Source: a virus (taxonomy: Duplodnaviria; Caudoviricetes). Taken from it: a stretch of DNA of 24,199 nt. The position numbers and the translations under genes are program-made. Positions 15,461 to 23,726 of this stretch are shown piece after piece. Location: IMG/VR virus record IMGVR_UViG_3300024279_000014, positions 1-24,199 of that record; one strand, given 5' to 3'. The notes beneath the pieces are model-generated. The model was not told where the DNA came from. It made no database searches and saw nothing but the letters and a program-made list of their open reading frames with translations. The first letter of the stretch is position 1, and every line of letters starts with the position of its first letter.

Positions 15461-16369
15461 CTACCCGGTTTGGACGATCTGTTTCCGGACGGTCGCGGCA
15501 CGGGACTGGGAGCAGCCAAGGTATTTGCGGATCTCGGTCACGGTCGCGCGGAGTCGCCCGGCGGCAATTTCATCCAGCACGCGGGCAACGTCATCAACGG
15601 TCGTTTCCGGTGCAGCCTCGGCTTCTGTGACCGCGTTACTCGCTGCCGTGACTGGCGTTACTGCCGCGCCAGTATTGGGTTTGAGCGATTCGACTGGACG
15701 GAACGCGAGCAGCCAGCAGAAGCACGCGACTGCTTCGAGTACGGCGGCGAATGCGAGACTGGCGAGCAGATCGAGGCGACGGGACGCGATGCCGAACGCG
15801 GTCAGCGTGCCGGTCACCGGGTCTGTTACAGCAGCTGCGCGCGCGGCGTCGGCGCGATCCTGCGCGGCTTCCTGACGCTTCGCCTCGGTCGCTTCGACGT
15901 CGATCGCATCCAGCCGGGCGGCGAGCGTCGCGCGCTCAATACGCAGGCTCGGGCACGGTTCGGCGCAGCGGCGCTCGGTTACTCGGGCCAGTCGCGAGAC
16001 GACTGCGGCGCGGTCGGCGGCGATGACTGCCGGGTTGCGGCCGGTCGTGACTGCTGGCGGTACGGCCGCGGCGCGCACCTCGCCAGCATGCTTCTGAGCC
16101 AGGAGGAAAAAGACCGCGTGTCCGTAGCAGGTGGCCGCCATGCAGCCGATCCAGAGCAGTACGCCGATCAGCCGAACGCGCCAACCATGTGCACGGATCA
16201 GGGCAGGGAGCAGATGAGCTGCGACAACCAGCACGACGCCGACGGCGATCCAGAGCACCCGCTCAGCCAGAAACCCGCCACGCTGCCAGCCTGCCATGAC
16301 TGACAGGCACGCAGCAGTAAGGGTTGCCGGGACTGCGAGTAATGCCGGTTGCGCTCTCATTGGCATCAC
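15461..16369 (-). CDS. Membrane protein with coiled coil and C-terminal HTH
   Basis: Three N-terminal TM segments, Ala/Arg coiled region with CxxxC, a fourth TM, linker, and ATVTEIRKYLGCSQSRAA HTH. Confidence 0.75.
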   Translation of the reverse strand: MMPMRAQPALLAVPATLTAACLSVMAGWQRGGFLAERVLWIAVGVVLVVAAHLLPALIRAHGWRVRLIGVLLWIGCMAATCYGHAVFFLLAQKHAGEVRAAAVPPAVTTGRNPAVIAADRAAVVSRLARVTERRCAEPCPSLRIERATLAARLDAIDVEATEAKRQEAAQDRADAARAAAVTDPVTGTLTAFGIASRRLDLLASLAFAAVLEAVACFCWLLAFRPVESLKPNTGAAVTPVTAASNAVTEAEAAPETTVDDVARVLDEIAAGRLRATVTEIRKYLGCSQSRAATVRKQIVQTG

Positions 16370-16746
16370 TGCACCGTCTCCAGCGCGCGCTGTTCACGCC
16401 ATTGCTTCGCTCGCGCGACGCCGACCCGATACATGCACATGACGTTATGGAAAAGGGGAGCGGCAAGAATGCTGTCGTAGAGCTCGCCCTTGCCGGTCAT
16501 CACGCCCTGCTTGACCTTGCAACGCTTCCTTGCGAACTCGTCGTAGGCGTACTCGCTGCCCCAGTGTTCCTGATCCGCCTTGCTCAGTTCGTCCCATTGA
16601 ACGTAGAGCGCGCGGTTCACTTCTTCCGTGTCAGGCATGTCGCACACGCGAATCCATGCCGGGTGCTTCCGACAAAATTCGGCCGCGTGGGCTGAAGCTT
16701 GTTCGACGGAGAAGTACTCTTTGGTGTCTTCGCGCGGGCTCATCAT
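16366..16746 (-). CDS. Hypothetical protein (126 aa)
   Basis: Codon pattern fits the operon; ATGA coupling to the next gene. Confidence 0.7.
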   Translation of the reverse strand: MMSPREDTKEYFSVEQASAHAAEFCRKHPAWIRVCDMPDTEEVNRALYVQWDELSKADQEHWGSEYAYDEFARKRCKVKQGVMTGKGELYDSILAAPLFHNVMCMYRVGVARAKQWREQRALETVQ

Positions 16747-16820
16747 TCCGTGTCCAAAAAAGCGAGGGCCGGGACTGCGCCCTCGAAACGCGCGGCTCGG
16801 GGGAGCCGCCGCACTCGCAG

Positions 16821-17663
16821 TTACTCGGGGGAACCCAGCAGGATCGTTGTCGCCGTCTGCTCTTCGATTTGCGACCAGATCGCGCGGAACGCGGCTTCGA
16901 GCACCTTGTGCGGGCGCACGAGTTCGTACCAGATGGTCAGATTGCCGTCCTTGACGCGGTACTTGATGCGGGCTTCGACCGGCGACGGCTGGCCGTTTTC
17001 GAACACGGGGATTTCGAGCGTGATCTGCGACGGCATCGCGATCTTGTTGCCTGTGGCGTTGATGTCTTCCTTCCAGACGAAGTTGGTGCTTCCGTCCTGG
17101 AGGCGTGCGGCCGACACGAAATTGCCTTCCTTGCTAGCTTCGAAGTTGAGCGCGACACTCAGCATCGTCGAGCCGTCCGGCGTCACGATGTCCGGCAGGT
17201 TGTCTTCGATCAGTTCCGCGAACTCAAGCTGGTTGAGCGGTTTGCGGTCCTTGCTTGTCCAGGTCTTCCACTCGCGCGAGGCGGGCACCGCAAACTCGAC
17301 GCGGAACTGACGCCAGTTCGCGCCCTTGCTCAAGTCGTCGCCTGCCAGCGCATGCTCGTACGAGAGGTGATCGTCGATGACGCCCAGGATCTTCGCCGGG
17401 TCGAGCGATGCGTAGATCAGGCTCTCCGCACGTTTCTGGCGGTTGAAATAATTCACGAAGCTGTTCGCGTCGCGCAGCTTCACGACGCCGCTTGCTCGTG
17501 CCGGGGTTTCGAACACTTCGTCGACGATCTGCGCCTTGTAGCCTTCCGGAACGATGACGAACGGCTTGCCGTCCTGCAGCGTGCTTTTCTGCGCGCCGGC
17601 GAGCGAAGTGCCGGCAGCGAGTACAGCGGCGACGTTCTGTTCGCCTTGGAAATCGTGGAGCAT
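16821..17663 (-). CDS. DUF2303 (YfdQ-like) protein
   Basis: SREWKTW, QLEFAELIEDNL, FVSAARLQDG and IPVFENG motifs. Confidence 0.88.
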   Translation of the reverse strand: MLHDFQGEQNVAAVLAAGTSLAGAQKSTLQDGKPFVIVPEGYKAQIVDEVFETPARASGVVKLRDANSFVNYFNRQKRAESLIYASLDPAKILGVIDDHLSYEHALAGDDLSKGANWRQFRVEFAVPASREWKTWTSKDRKPLNQLEFAELIEDNLPDIVTPDGSTMLSVALNFEASKEGNFVSAARLQDGSTNFVWKEDINATGNKIAMPSQITLEIPVFENGQPSPVEARIKYRVKDGNLTIWYELVRPHKVLEAAFRAIWSQIEEQTATTILLGSPE

Positions 17664-17709
17664 GGTTTATCCGTTTAGAGTTGATAGATGAGAGGTGATT
17701 GACGCGCGA

Positions 17710-18042
17710 TTAGCCGAGCGCGACGCGGGGGCTGCTGTCTGCCAGGGAGATGCCGGGCAGCTCGGTTTGACGCTCGCTATGACGCGAGAGGTTGTTTTCG
17801 ACTGTCGGGAAGAACACCTCGGCGGTTTCTTTCTCACGCGGCAGCGTCGCGACGACCTTGCCGGTCACTTCGAGCGCGTCCTGCACCTTGGCGAACGGCT
17901 TCACTTCGAGCGTGATCGTGATCTTCCCGGCCTTGCCGGTGTCGCGAACCATCGCGACCAGCGTGTTCAGTTCGTTCGTCGCCTCTTCGACGACTGCGCC
18001 CCCGCGCAACTCCATGAGGGTCTGTGTAAAAGCTTTCTTCAT
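17710..18042 (-). CDS. YfdP-like partner upstream of DUF2303
   Basis: TGKAGKITITLEVKP and FFPTVENNLSR motifs; GGAG RBS; usual position before DUF2303. Confidence 0.75.
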   Translation of the reverse strand: MKKAFTQTLMELRGGAVVEEATNELNTLVAMVRDTGKAGKITITLEVKPFAKVQDALEVTGKVVATLPREKETAEVFFPTVENNLSRHSERQTELPGISLADSSPRVALG

Positions 18043-18071
18043 TGCTTGACTCCGTTTTAGAGGTACTGCGG

Positions 18072-18233
18072 TTATTCGTAGTAGCGCGTATAGGGCACAG
18101 CGTCGCTTTCGTGCTGCAGGCCGCTATCGCCTTTCTTTGCCGAGATAAAGATGCACGCCGTCAGGAGACCGAGAGACGTGCCGATCATCAATCCGGTAAG
18201 GAATACTAAGCACATGGTCATGATTGGATCCAT
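18072..18233 (-). CDS. Small membrane protein (53 aa, MDPIMTMCLVFLTGLMIGTSLGLLTACIFISAKK...)
   Basis: Read manually (below track cutoff); single TM segment. Confidence 0.55.
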   Translation of the reverse strand: MDPIMTMCLVFLTGLMIGTSLGLLTACIFISAKKGDSGLQHESDAVPYTRYYE

Positions 18234-18253
18234 TTCGGTGAGACTTTTCGGGA

Positions 18254-18379
18254 TCAGGTGCAGCGAACCACGCTGCAGCGTTCAAGTTCAGCTGCGCGAT
18301 GTTCCGACGCAGCGCAAAACATCATGTAGAGAGCCACGACGACAGCGGCGCCGGCCCAGATGCGGATCTGTTCACGCAT
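18254..18379 (-). CDS. Small membrane protein (41 aa, MREQIRIWAGAAVVVALY...)
   Basis: ATG lies 1 nt after the upstream stop; one TM segment. Confidence 0.55.
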   Translation of the reverse strand: MREQIRIWAGAAVVVALYMMFCAASEHRAAELERCSVVRCT

Positions 18380-18380
18380 G

Positions 18381-18590
18381 TCAGACGCCCAGCAAGTGGC
18401 AGAGTCCGCCAGCGACAAACGGCATTGCCGCGATAGCAGCGAGCGAGAGGCCGGGACGCTTCGTCGTGTTGCGCTTGTACTGGGCGAGTTCTTCGTCCGT
18501 GAGCGGCGGCAGGCTGTCGAAGTATTTGGCTTCGTCGGCAATGCGCGTCGCGAGGGTATGAAGTGGCTTAACGGCTTCCATCTCGATCAC
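18381..18590 (-). CDS. Hypothetical protein with C-terminal TM (69 aa)
   Basis: GTGA overlap with the upstream gene. Confidence 0.6.
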   Translation of the reverse strand: MIEMEAVKPLHTLATRIADEAKYFDSLPPLTDEELAQYKRNTTKRPGLSLAAIAAMPFVAGGLCHLLGV

Positions 18591-18778
18591 CTGTTGTTCA
18601 ACGAGGGGAGACGGGGATAGCCCTTTTCGAAGGCCACCTCGATCTCTACCTTCACGCGGTAACGGACCAGATCAGAGAGGGTGAGGACTGCGACTGAGCG
18701 ACCGACTCGAACCACAAACCGGCAATGGCCGTCGAGGCTCTTTGCTGCTGCACGGTGCATCGCTTTTCTGACATTCAT
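18587..18778 (-). CDS. First gene of PL operon, basic hypothetical protein (63 aa)
   Basis: GGAG RBS; directly downstream of PL. Confidence 0.65.
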   Translation of the reverse strand: MNVRKAMHRAAAKSLDGHCRFVVRVGRSVAVLTLSDLVRYRVKVEIEVAFEKGYPRLPSLNNR

Positions 18779-18832
18779 CTCTCACTCCAGGCTGTTTCTG
18801 GATCGGCGCTCAACGGTCAGCGCTTGAGATGA

Positions 18833-18873
18833 ATACTACAAATGTATTTATAGCTTGTCAATACAATTGTATT
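18833..18873 (-). promoter_or_regulatory. PL promoter with OL operators
   Basis: Minus strand TTGACA (18861-18856), 17 bp, TAGTAT (18838-18833). Operators ACTACAAATGTATT 18835-18848 and AATACAATTGTATT 18860-18873. Confidence 0.85.
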
Positions 18874-18923
18874 TGCGAATAGATTCTGAAAGGGGCATGT
18901 ATTTACCGTGGTGCCGAAGAAAC

Positions 18924-18948
18924 AAAAAAGCCCGCGCGTGGCGGGCTT
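18924..18948 (-). terminator. Terminator of the cI operon
   Basis: Minus strand AAGCCCGC-CACGC-GCGGGCTT-TTTT. Confidence 0.8.
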
Positions 18949-18966
18949 CTCTTATGTCGGCTGGGG

Positions 18967-19266
18967 TTAGTGCACGTATTTGGCGACAAAATACGCGGCA
19001 GCGACCAGCGCAGCGCACGCGCCGACGATCTTCCAAGTGAGGGAATGCAGCGCTTCGTGCAGATCTGATTTCGTGGCGACGGCTTCCAGGCGTGTCTCTA
19101 TGCGCGCCAATCTGTCGCGAGTTTCAAGGTTTGCCGCTTCGAGGGCTGAAATTCGAGCTTCCATCCCGCCATCATGGCCACCGCCACCGCCGCCGTCAAT
19201 TGGTCTCTCGACTTTCGCCTCGATCTTTCCGAGGCGTTCCATAAGTGAATAGTCAGGGCTAGCCAT
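18967..19266 (-). CDS. Coiled-coil protein with C-terminal membrane anchor (DUF1640/CCDC90-like)
   Basis: Gly linker, MEARISALE coiled coil, ATKSDL beta-layer-like motif and C-terminal TM. Confidence 0.7.
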   Translation of the reverse strand: MASPDYSLMERLGKIEAKVERPIDGGGGGGHDGGMEARISALEAANLETRDRLARIETRLEAVATKSDLHEALHSLTWKIVGACAALVAAAYFVAKYVH

Positions 19267-19486
19267 GCGATGTGCTGTCCGATCGGTTCTGTTCGATAGC
19301 CTTGCGGATGGAATCGGTAGATTCTTCCAGGCTGTCGATTGCGGTGGTCAGCAATACCATAATGGGTTCTGCTTTCTCGCGGTCGACGCCTTCCAAAACG
19401 AGGTATGTCACTTTGGCCAGTGCCTTCATCGTCGCTAACTGTGTACGAGATAAGGAGCTGAGCGCATCAATTTCTTGCCTAGTCAA
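19259..19486 (-). CDS. Small helical protein co-transcribed with cI
   Basis: Probable TTG start overlapping the cI stop (TTGA), alternative start 19498; overlaps the next gene by 8 bp. Confidence 0.55.
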   Translation of the reverse strand: MTRQEIDALSSLSRTQLATMKALAKVTYLVLEGVDREKAEPIMVLLTTAIDSLEESTDSIRKAIEQNRSDSTSHG

Positions 19487-20382
19487 TCCGGCCTCCACGC
19501 TGATGGTTTGGCGATCCAGCCGACATAATGCATCTTGTCTATTTCCGATCGGTCGATCGAAAGCTTGCCATGCGTCTCGTTGACGGAGAGCAGATGAACC
19601 CGCCCGCTGGCCTCGTAGATGAACTCCTTCACCATGACGCGGCCGTCCTTCGACTTTACGAGCACCTCGTCACCCGGCTGGATCACGTGGTTGGGCTCGA
19701 TCACAACGAACTCGCCGTCTTTAATCCGCGGGCGCATGCTGTCGCCCTTGCATTTCAACGCGTACGCGTCTTTGTCCTTTGTCGGGACGTCGACGTAGCC
19801 GTCACCATGGCCAACGGGATACTCGATGTCGGCCCAAAATCCATTGTCACCGAGCTGCGCCATTCCAACTACCGGTATGCCCCGCCAGCCAGTGACGGGT
19901 AAGGGGTTGTATTCGTCGTTGTATCGGACTGCCGTAGTGCGCGAGCCCTTGCCGAGCATCAACCATACGGAGTTGATGCCGAACTCCTCCTGGAGGGCGA
20001 CAGCCTGATCCACACCTATTTGTTTTGACTTTCCTGAAAGCCAGCCAGCGACGATTTCCTCGGTCGTTTTGGCGGCGGCGGCGACTTTGCTGATGTTCCC
20101 GCCGGCTTCCTCAAGAACAGATTTGATCCTATCAGCCAGCCCTGACGCCCCCATTGCGGGAATAGAGCCTGTTTCGGCCGTCTCTTTGCCCGTTCCCGTT
20201 AGCCATTCGACAGTTACGCCCAAGGCAGCTGCAATTTTTGGGAGGCGCGTCGAACTCTGGTTTCGGCCGCTTTCTAGGTGCCCGATGGTGCTCTGACTGA
20301 CGCCGGCCTTATCGGCTAGGTCCTCTTGCGACCAGCCGAGCCGGGTTCGAGCCTCCGTGAGGCGTTTTCCAATATTACTCAT
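19483..20382 (-). CDS. cI: CI-like repressor: two XRE HTH domains plus S24 peptidase (299 aa)
   Basis: HTH1 WSQEDLADKAGVSQSTIGHLESG; HTH2 NISKVAAAAKTTEEIVAGWLSG...INSVWLMLGKG; GDSM and VKE catalytic S/K; start reassigned to MSNIGK. Confidence 0.9.
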   Translation of the reverse strand: MSNIGKRLTEARTRLGWSQEDLADKAGVSQSTIGHLESGRNQSSTRLPKIAAALGVTVEWLTGTGKETAETGSIPAMGASGLADRIKSVLEEAGGNISKVAAAAKTTEEIVAGWLSGKSKQIGVDQAVALQEEFGINSVWLMLGKGSRTTAVRYNDEYNPLPVTGWRGIPVVGMAQLGDNGFWADIEYPVGHGDGYVDVPTKDKDAYALKCKGDSMRPRIKDGEFVVIEPNHVIQPGDEVLVKSKDGRVMVKEFIYEASGRVHLLSVNETHGKLSIDRSEIDKMHYVGWIAKPSAWRPD

Positions 20383-20448
20383 GTATTGGATTGTGCCCGA
20401 GGAGTCAACTACATTGGGATTGACTGGCAAATACATATGTATTAGTCT
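20374..20448 (+). promoter_or_regulatory. PR promoter with OR operators
   Basis: TTGACT (20420-20425), 17 bp, TAGTCT (20443-20448). Operators AATACATATGTATT 20430-20443, ACTACATTGGGATT 20408-20421 and ATTACTCATGTATT 20374-20387, same consensus as OL. Confidence 0.82.
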
Positions 20449-20477
20449 GTGGCTGTTATCACTCGAAAGAGGCAATC

Positions 20478-20678
20478 ATGGACGCGCGACAGCTCGTCGT
20501 TTCGATCAGGAAGCAAGGTCTCTCGCAAGAGCAGATCGCGGCGCGCACTGGTTTGTCGCAGGGCGCGATCAGCCATATCGAAACCGGCCGCCGTAAAAAC
20601 GTGTTCGCGACGACGAAGGAGCGGCTCCAGCAACTTCACGCGGAGTTGGCGAACGCGGCGTCGGCGGAGGCCGCCTGA
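20478..20678 (+). CDS. cro: Cro-like HTH regulator
   Basis: GLSQEQIAARTGLSQGAISHIETGR; divergent from cI; GAGG RBS. Confidence 0.88.
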   Translation: MDARQLVVSIRKQGLSQEQIAARTGLSQGAISHIETGRRKNVFATTKERLQQLHAELANAASAEAA

Positions 20679-20842
20679 TGCTCACCGCTGCCGAACAGAA
20701 GCAGATTCGGGACGCACTGTGCGCGATTGCAGTTCGAGGCGAGCGTTTCCAGGGTGAGCTTGCGCAGACGCGCGAGAGGCTGACGACGGAATTTCTCGCA
20801 CTGAAAGGGGCTGCAGCGCAGCCAGCAGCAAAAGCGAAGTGA
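20678..20842 (+). CDS. Hypothetical protein (54 aa, MLTAAEQKQIRDALCAIAVRGERFQGEL...)
   Basis: Read manually; TGATG coupling to cro with GGAGG upstream. Confidence 0.55.
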   Translation: MLTAAEQKQIRDALCAIAVRGERFQGELAQTRERLTTEFLALKGAAAQPAAKAK

Positions 20843-20953
20843 TTGCGCCGGGCTGAAGCACGAATAGCGTCACCGCTGTTGTCATTTTTGTTTTCCAGTT
20901 TCTTGTCGTTAGCTAGCACTTTAGTAGTCCTCACGTCAAGAAAACACGTCTGA

Positions 20954-21406
20954 ATGGGGCCCCAATTGAACGTTACCGACACCGCACATTCCGTCGCTCA
21001 CGACTACGAAGGCGGATGTGAATCGCTCGCGCCGCGCATGGGCCTGTCCGCGAACGTGCTCCGCAACAAGGTCGATCCGCGCAAAGACAGCCACAAGCTG
21101 ACGCTGGACGAGGCCGTGCGCATGAGCGACATGACGGACGACGACCGCGTTCTTGAAGCGTGGGCGCGTCACCGCGGCTTTGCGCTCGTGAAGATGCCGG
21201 ACGTGACCGGTTGCAGCGACGGCGCGATCGTCGAACTGATGGGCGAGGCATGGTCGACGCATGGCGAGGTCGGCAAGCAGATCTGCAAAACGCTCGAGGA
21301 CGGCCGCGTCGAAGAGAAAGAGGTCGCGCGTGTGGAAACGAGCATCTACAAGCACGCCCAGGTGCTGTTCAACATTTCGGCGCGTCTGCGCGGCATGACG
21401 GAGTAA
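20954..21406 (+). CDS. Phage regulatory CII family protein
   Basis: DYEGGCESLAPRMG-VLRNKVDP-HKLTLDEA pattern; position after cro; start may be TTG 20966. Confidence 0.82.
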   Translation: MGPQLNVTDTAHSVAHDYEGGCESLAPRMGLSANVLRNKVDPRKDSHKLTLDEAVRMSDMTDDDRVLEAWARHRGFALVKMPDVTGCSDGAIVELMGEAWSTHGEVGKQICKTLEDGRVEEKEVARVETSIYKHAQVLFNISARLRGMTE

Positions 21407-21411
21407 CCCTT

Positions 21412-21684
21412 ATGCGATCAACCCACACACAGCTGGCAGGCTACGACTCGATGACGAGCGCGAAGCGCTGCACGCAGAAGCAAATGATCCTGAACCTGTT
21501 CTGCGGCCCGGACGTGAAGCTGACACGCCAGGACATCGCCGACCGCACGAACCTGCGTCTCTCGTCCGTGTGCGGTCGCGTGCGCGAGCTGATCGAGGGC
21601 GACGCGCTGCGCGTGCGCGGCTCCGTGAAGTGCGCAGCGACCGGCGTGCACAACGAAACCCTTGGTCTGCCTGCCGCGAACTGA
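21412..21684 (+). CDS. Winged-helix protein (90 aa)
   Basis: LTRQDIADRTNLRLSSVCGRVRELI; start reassigned to ATG 21412. Confidence 0.75.
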   Translation: MRSTHTQLAGYDSMTSAKRCTQKQMILNLFCGPDVKLTRQDIADRTNLRLSSVCGRVRELIEGDALRVRGSVKCAATGVHNETLGLPAAN

Positions 21685-21685
21685 C

Positions 21686-22777
21686 ATGAGCGGATACGCA
21701 CACCAATGGGCGAAGCGTCAGCGGGTCGGCGACTCGTCTGCGAAAACGCTGCTTAAGACCTACGCGAACTGGGCCAGCGAGGACTATTCGACGTGGGTCA
21801 CCAACGAAGAGCTTGAGCTCGACACCGAGCTCAACATCCAGACGATCCGCAGCGCGCGGAAGAAGCTCATCGAGCTTGGCTATCTGATCGAAACGGACAA
21901 GCGCATCGGCCGGACGCAGAGCATCGTCGTCTACCAGATGCTCGCTCCCGCCGGCGCGACGATCGTTCAAAGCATTGATGCTCGTGGCGAAACAATCTCG
22001 CTGAGCCCGCCGACCCTCGAAGAGTTTCTGACTAAGAGGGGTGGAAAATACAGCCCCTCCAAATCTCACCCCTCTAAGGGTGGTGGAAATTCAAGCCCCT
22101 CCAAATCTCAAGCGGCTTCAGATCCCACTTCAAGCCCCTCCAAATCACACGTCGAAGGGGGTGAAATTTCACCAGAAGCCCCTCCAAATTTCGACACCAA
22201 GATAGCTTTAGTAGAGCAAGAGAAAGAAGTAGCTCAGCAACCTGCGCGGCGTGCGCCGCGAGTCGCGTTGCATGCCGAACTGCAATCGACCGAACTGCCC
22301 GATTGGCTCGCGTTTGAAGATTGGGACATGTGGTGCGAGCACCGCGAGGCCAAGAGCAAAGACGCGCCTTGGACGCGCGGCGCCGCGATCGTGTCGATTC
22401 GCCGCCTGACGAAGCTACGCGACCAGGGTCTTGATGCTCGCGCCGTGATCGAGGAGGCGGTGCTGCGCGGGTGGACGGGTCTGTTCCCGGTCAAGCCGGA
22501 TACGCCGGTTGCTGGCACGACGGCCGCTGTCGCTGCCGATTGGTGGAAAACGTCGAGCGGGATCGAATCGATGGGCGCGCGTCATAGCCTGAAGCAGAAG
22601 GATGGCGAGACGTTCATGCACTTCAAGGTCCGTGTTTTCAAGGCAGCAGGTCCGGGCGAATGGATGGAAGACATGCTGCGCACGGTCGGGCGGGAGAGCG
22701 AGGAACGGTACGAGCAGTTGTACGCCTACTTCAACGACATTCCGCGCGAGAAGGCAGCGCAAGCGGAGGTCGCATGA
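21686..22777 (+). CDS. Replication initiator (N-terminal HTH, lambda O-like organisation)
   Basis: N-terminal wHTH (ELELDTELNIQTIRSARKKLIELGYL), internal iterons, C-terminal LPDWL-W-W-HR...GWTGLF domain. Confidence 0.82.
   Translation: MSGYAHQWAKRQRVGDSSAKTLLKTYANWASEDYSTWVTNEELELDTELNIQTIRSARKKLIELGYLIETDKRIGRTQSIVVYQMLAPAGATIVQSIDARGETISLSPPTLEEFLTKRGGKYSPSKSHPSKGGGNSSPSKSQAASDPTSSPSKSHVEGGEISPEAPPNFDTKIALVEQEKEVAQQPARRAPRVALHAELQSTELPDWLAFEDWDMWCEHREAKSKDAPWTRGAAIVSIRRLTKLRDQGLDARAVIEEAVLRGWTGLFPVKPDTPVAGTTAAVAADWWKTSSGIESMGARHSLKQKDGETFMHFKVRVFKAAGPGEWMEDMLRTVGRESEERYEQLYAYFNDIPREKAAQAEVA
22034..22189 (+). repeat. Replication origin iterons, 4 x AGCCCCTCCAAAT
   Basis: Exact copies start at 22052, 22094, 22133 and 22177; three are preceded by a GGGGTG(G)AAAT-like element. 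Confidence 0.85.
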
Positions 22778-23352
22778 CGAAGCGAGCCACATCCCTGCGC
22801 TATCCGGAGAGCGCGATAACCGACGGCAAGTTCGGCACGGCGACGGTTCGCGAGTCGCTCCGTCCCGCGATGACGGCCGCCCAACTGGCGATCTACAAAA
22901 AGACCGGCAACCCGCCGCAGACGTCCGCGCTCGATGAGATCGACCTCGACGACCCGTTCGAGATCAAGCGCCCGTCGCTGGCCGACCAGATGGCAGCACG
23001 CAAGAAGCTCGCGAAATACCGCAACACGAAGTGCGAGTCGGAGGGAATCAAGTTCGACAGCAAACGCGAGATGGCGCGTTGGCACGAGCTAGTGCAGATG
23101 CAGGCGCGCGGCGAGATCCGCGATTTGCGCCTGCAGGTGCCTTTCGTCCTCACCGAGCGCAAGCGGCGCGACGACGGCACGTGGGAGCGTGCGTGGAAGT
23201 ACGTGGCCGATTTCGTCTACGTCGAAGCTGCGACGGGCAAGCAGATCGTCGAGGACGTGAAGTCAGAGATCACGCGGAAAAACGCGGCATATGTGCGTGC
23301 TCGCAAAGCAATGCTGGCGATCCACGACATTTCGATTCTGGAGACCATATGA
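22774..23352 (+). CDS. DUF1064 family PD-(D/E)xK nuclease
   Basis: KYRN, GIKFDSKRE, LQVPF, YVADFVY and VEDVK motifs; ATGA start after GGAGG. Confidence 0.88.
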   Translation: MTKRATSLRYPESAITDGKFGTATVRESLRPAMTAAQLAIYKKTGNPPQTSALDEIDLDDPFEIKRPSLADQMAARKKLAKYRNTKCESEGIKFDSKREMARWHELVQMQARGEIRDLRLQVPFVLTERKRRDDGTWERAWKYVADFVYVEAATGKQIVEDVKSEITRKNAAYVRARKAMLAIHDISILETI

Positions 23353-23726
23353 GCACCGAAGTGAAAAAGACGCGGTGTCGCACGATGAGCATGGAGCAAC
23401 GGCTCGTGTGCGAGTTCTTCGAGGCGCACCCGAACTCGACGCGCCCGGAGTGCAAGGCAAAGTTGGGTGGCGATCAAAAGGCGATTTCGCGGAAGGTGGA
23501 TGCGCTGGTGGTATCCGGGTACCTAGTCGCCACCTCCGAGGGGAAGATCCCGACGTTCGCATGCACCGGGAAGAAGTTCCCCCACTCGGATGAATACAAG
23601 GCTAGCCAGAAATGGATTGAGGCCAAGATGCGCTCCGCGGCGCGCAACTCGGATCGCGCGATCACGCTTGATCTCGTCGCCGCTTCGATGCACGCGATGG
23701 TGACGGTTGGGAGGGCTGCAGCGTGA
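23349..23726 (+). CDS. Hypothetical winged-helix-like protein (125 aa)
   Basis: ATGA-coupled start MSTEVKK; FFEAHPNST...ISRKVDALVVSGYL. Confidence 0.65.
   Translation: MSTEVKKTRCRTMSMEQRLVCEFFEAHPNSTRPECKAKLGGDQKAISRKVDALVVSGYLVATSEGKIPTFACTGKKFPHSDEYKASQKWIEAKMRSAARNSDRAITLDLVAASMHAMVTVGRAAA

Noticed and set aside
14444-16746. Restriction-modification system
   Set aside because: No recognisable endonuclease next to the methyltransferase; treated as an orphan MTase.
15308-17678. Long + strand ORFs (331 aa at 15308 and 382 aa at 16530)
   Set aside because: Antisense shadows of GC-rich minus-strand genes, with no motifs and no coupled junctions, unlike the moron bridge ORFs.
20383-20475. 31-aa N-terminal extension of CI in the ORF track
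   Set aside because: It covers the OR operators and PR promoter; the HTH begins at MSNIGK (20382).
22034-22189. CRISPR-like array
   Set aside because: Repeats are only 13 bp, lie inside the replication gene, and no cas genes are present; they are iterons.
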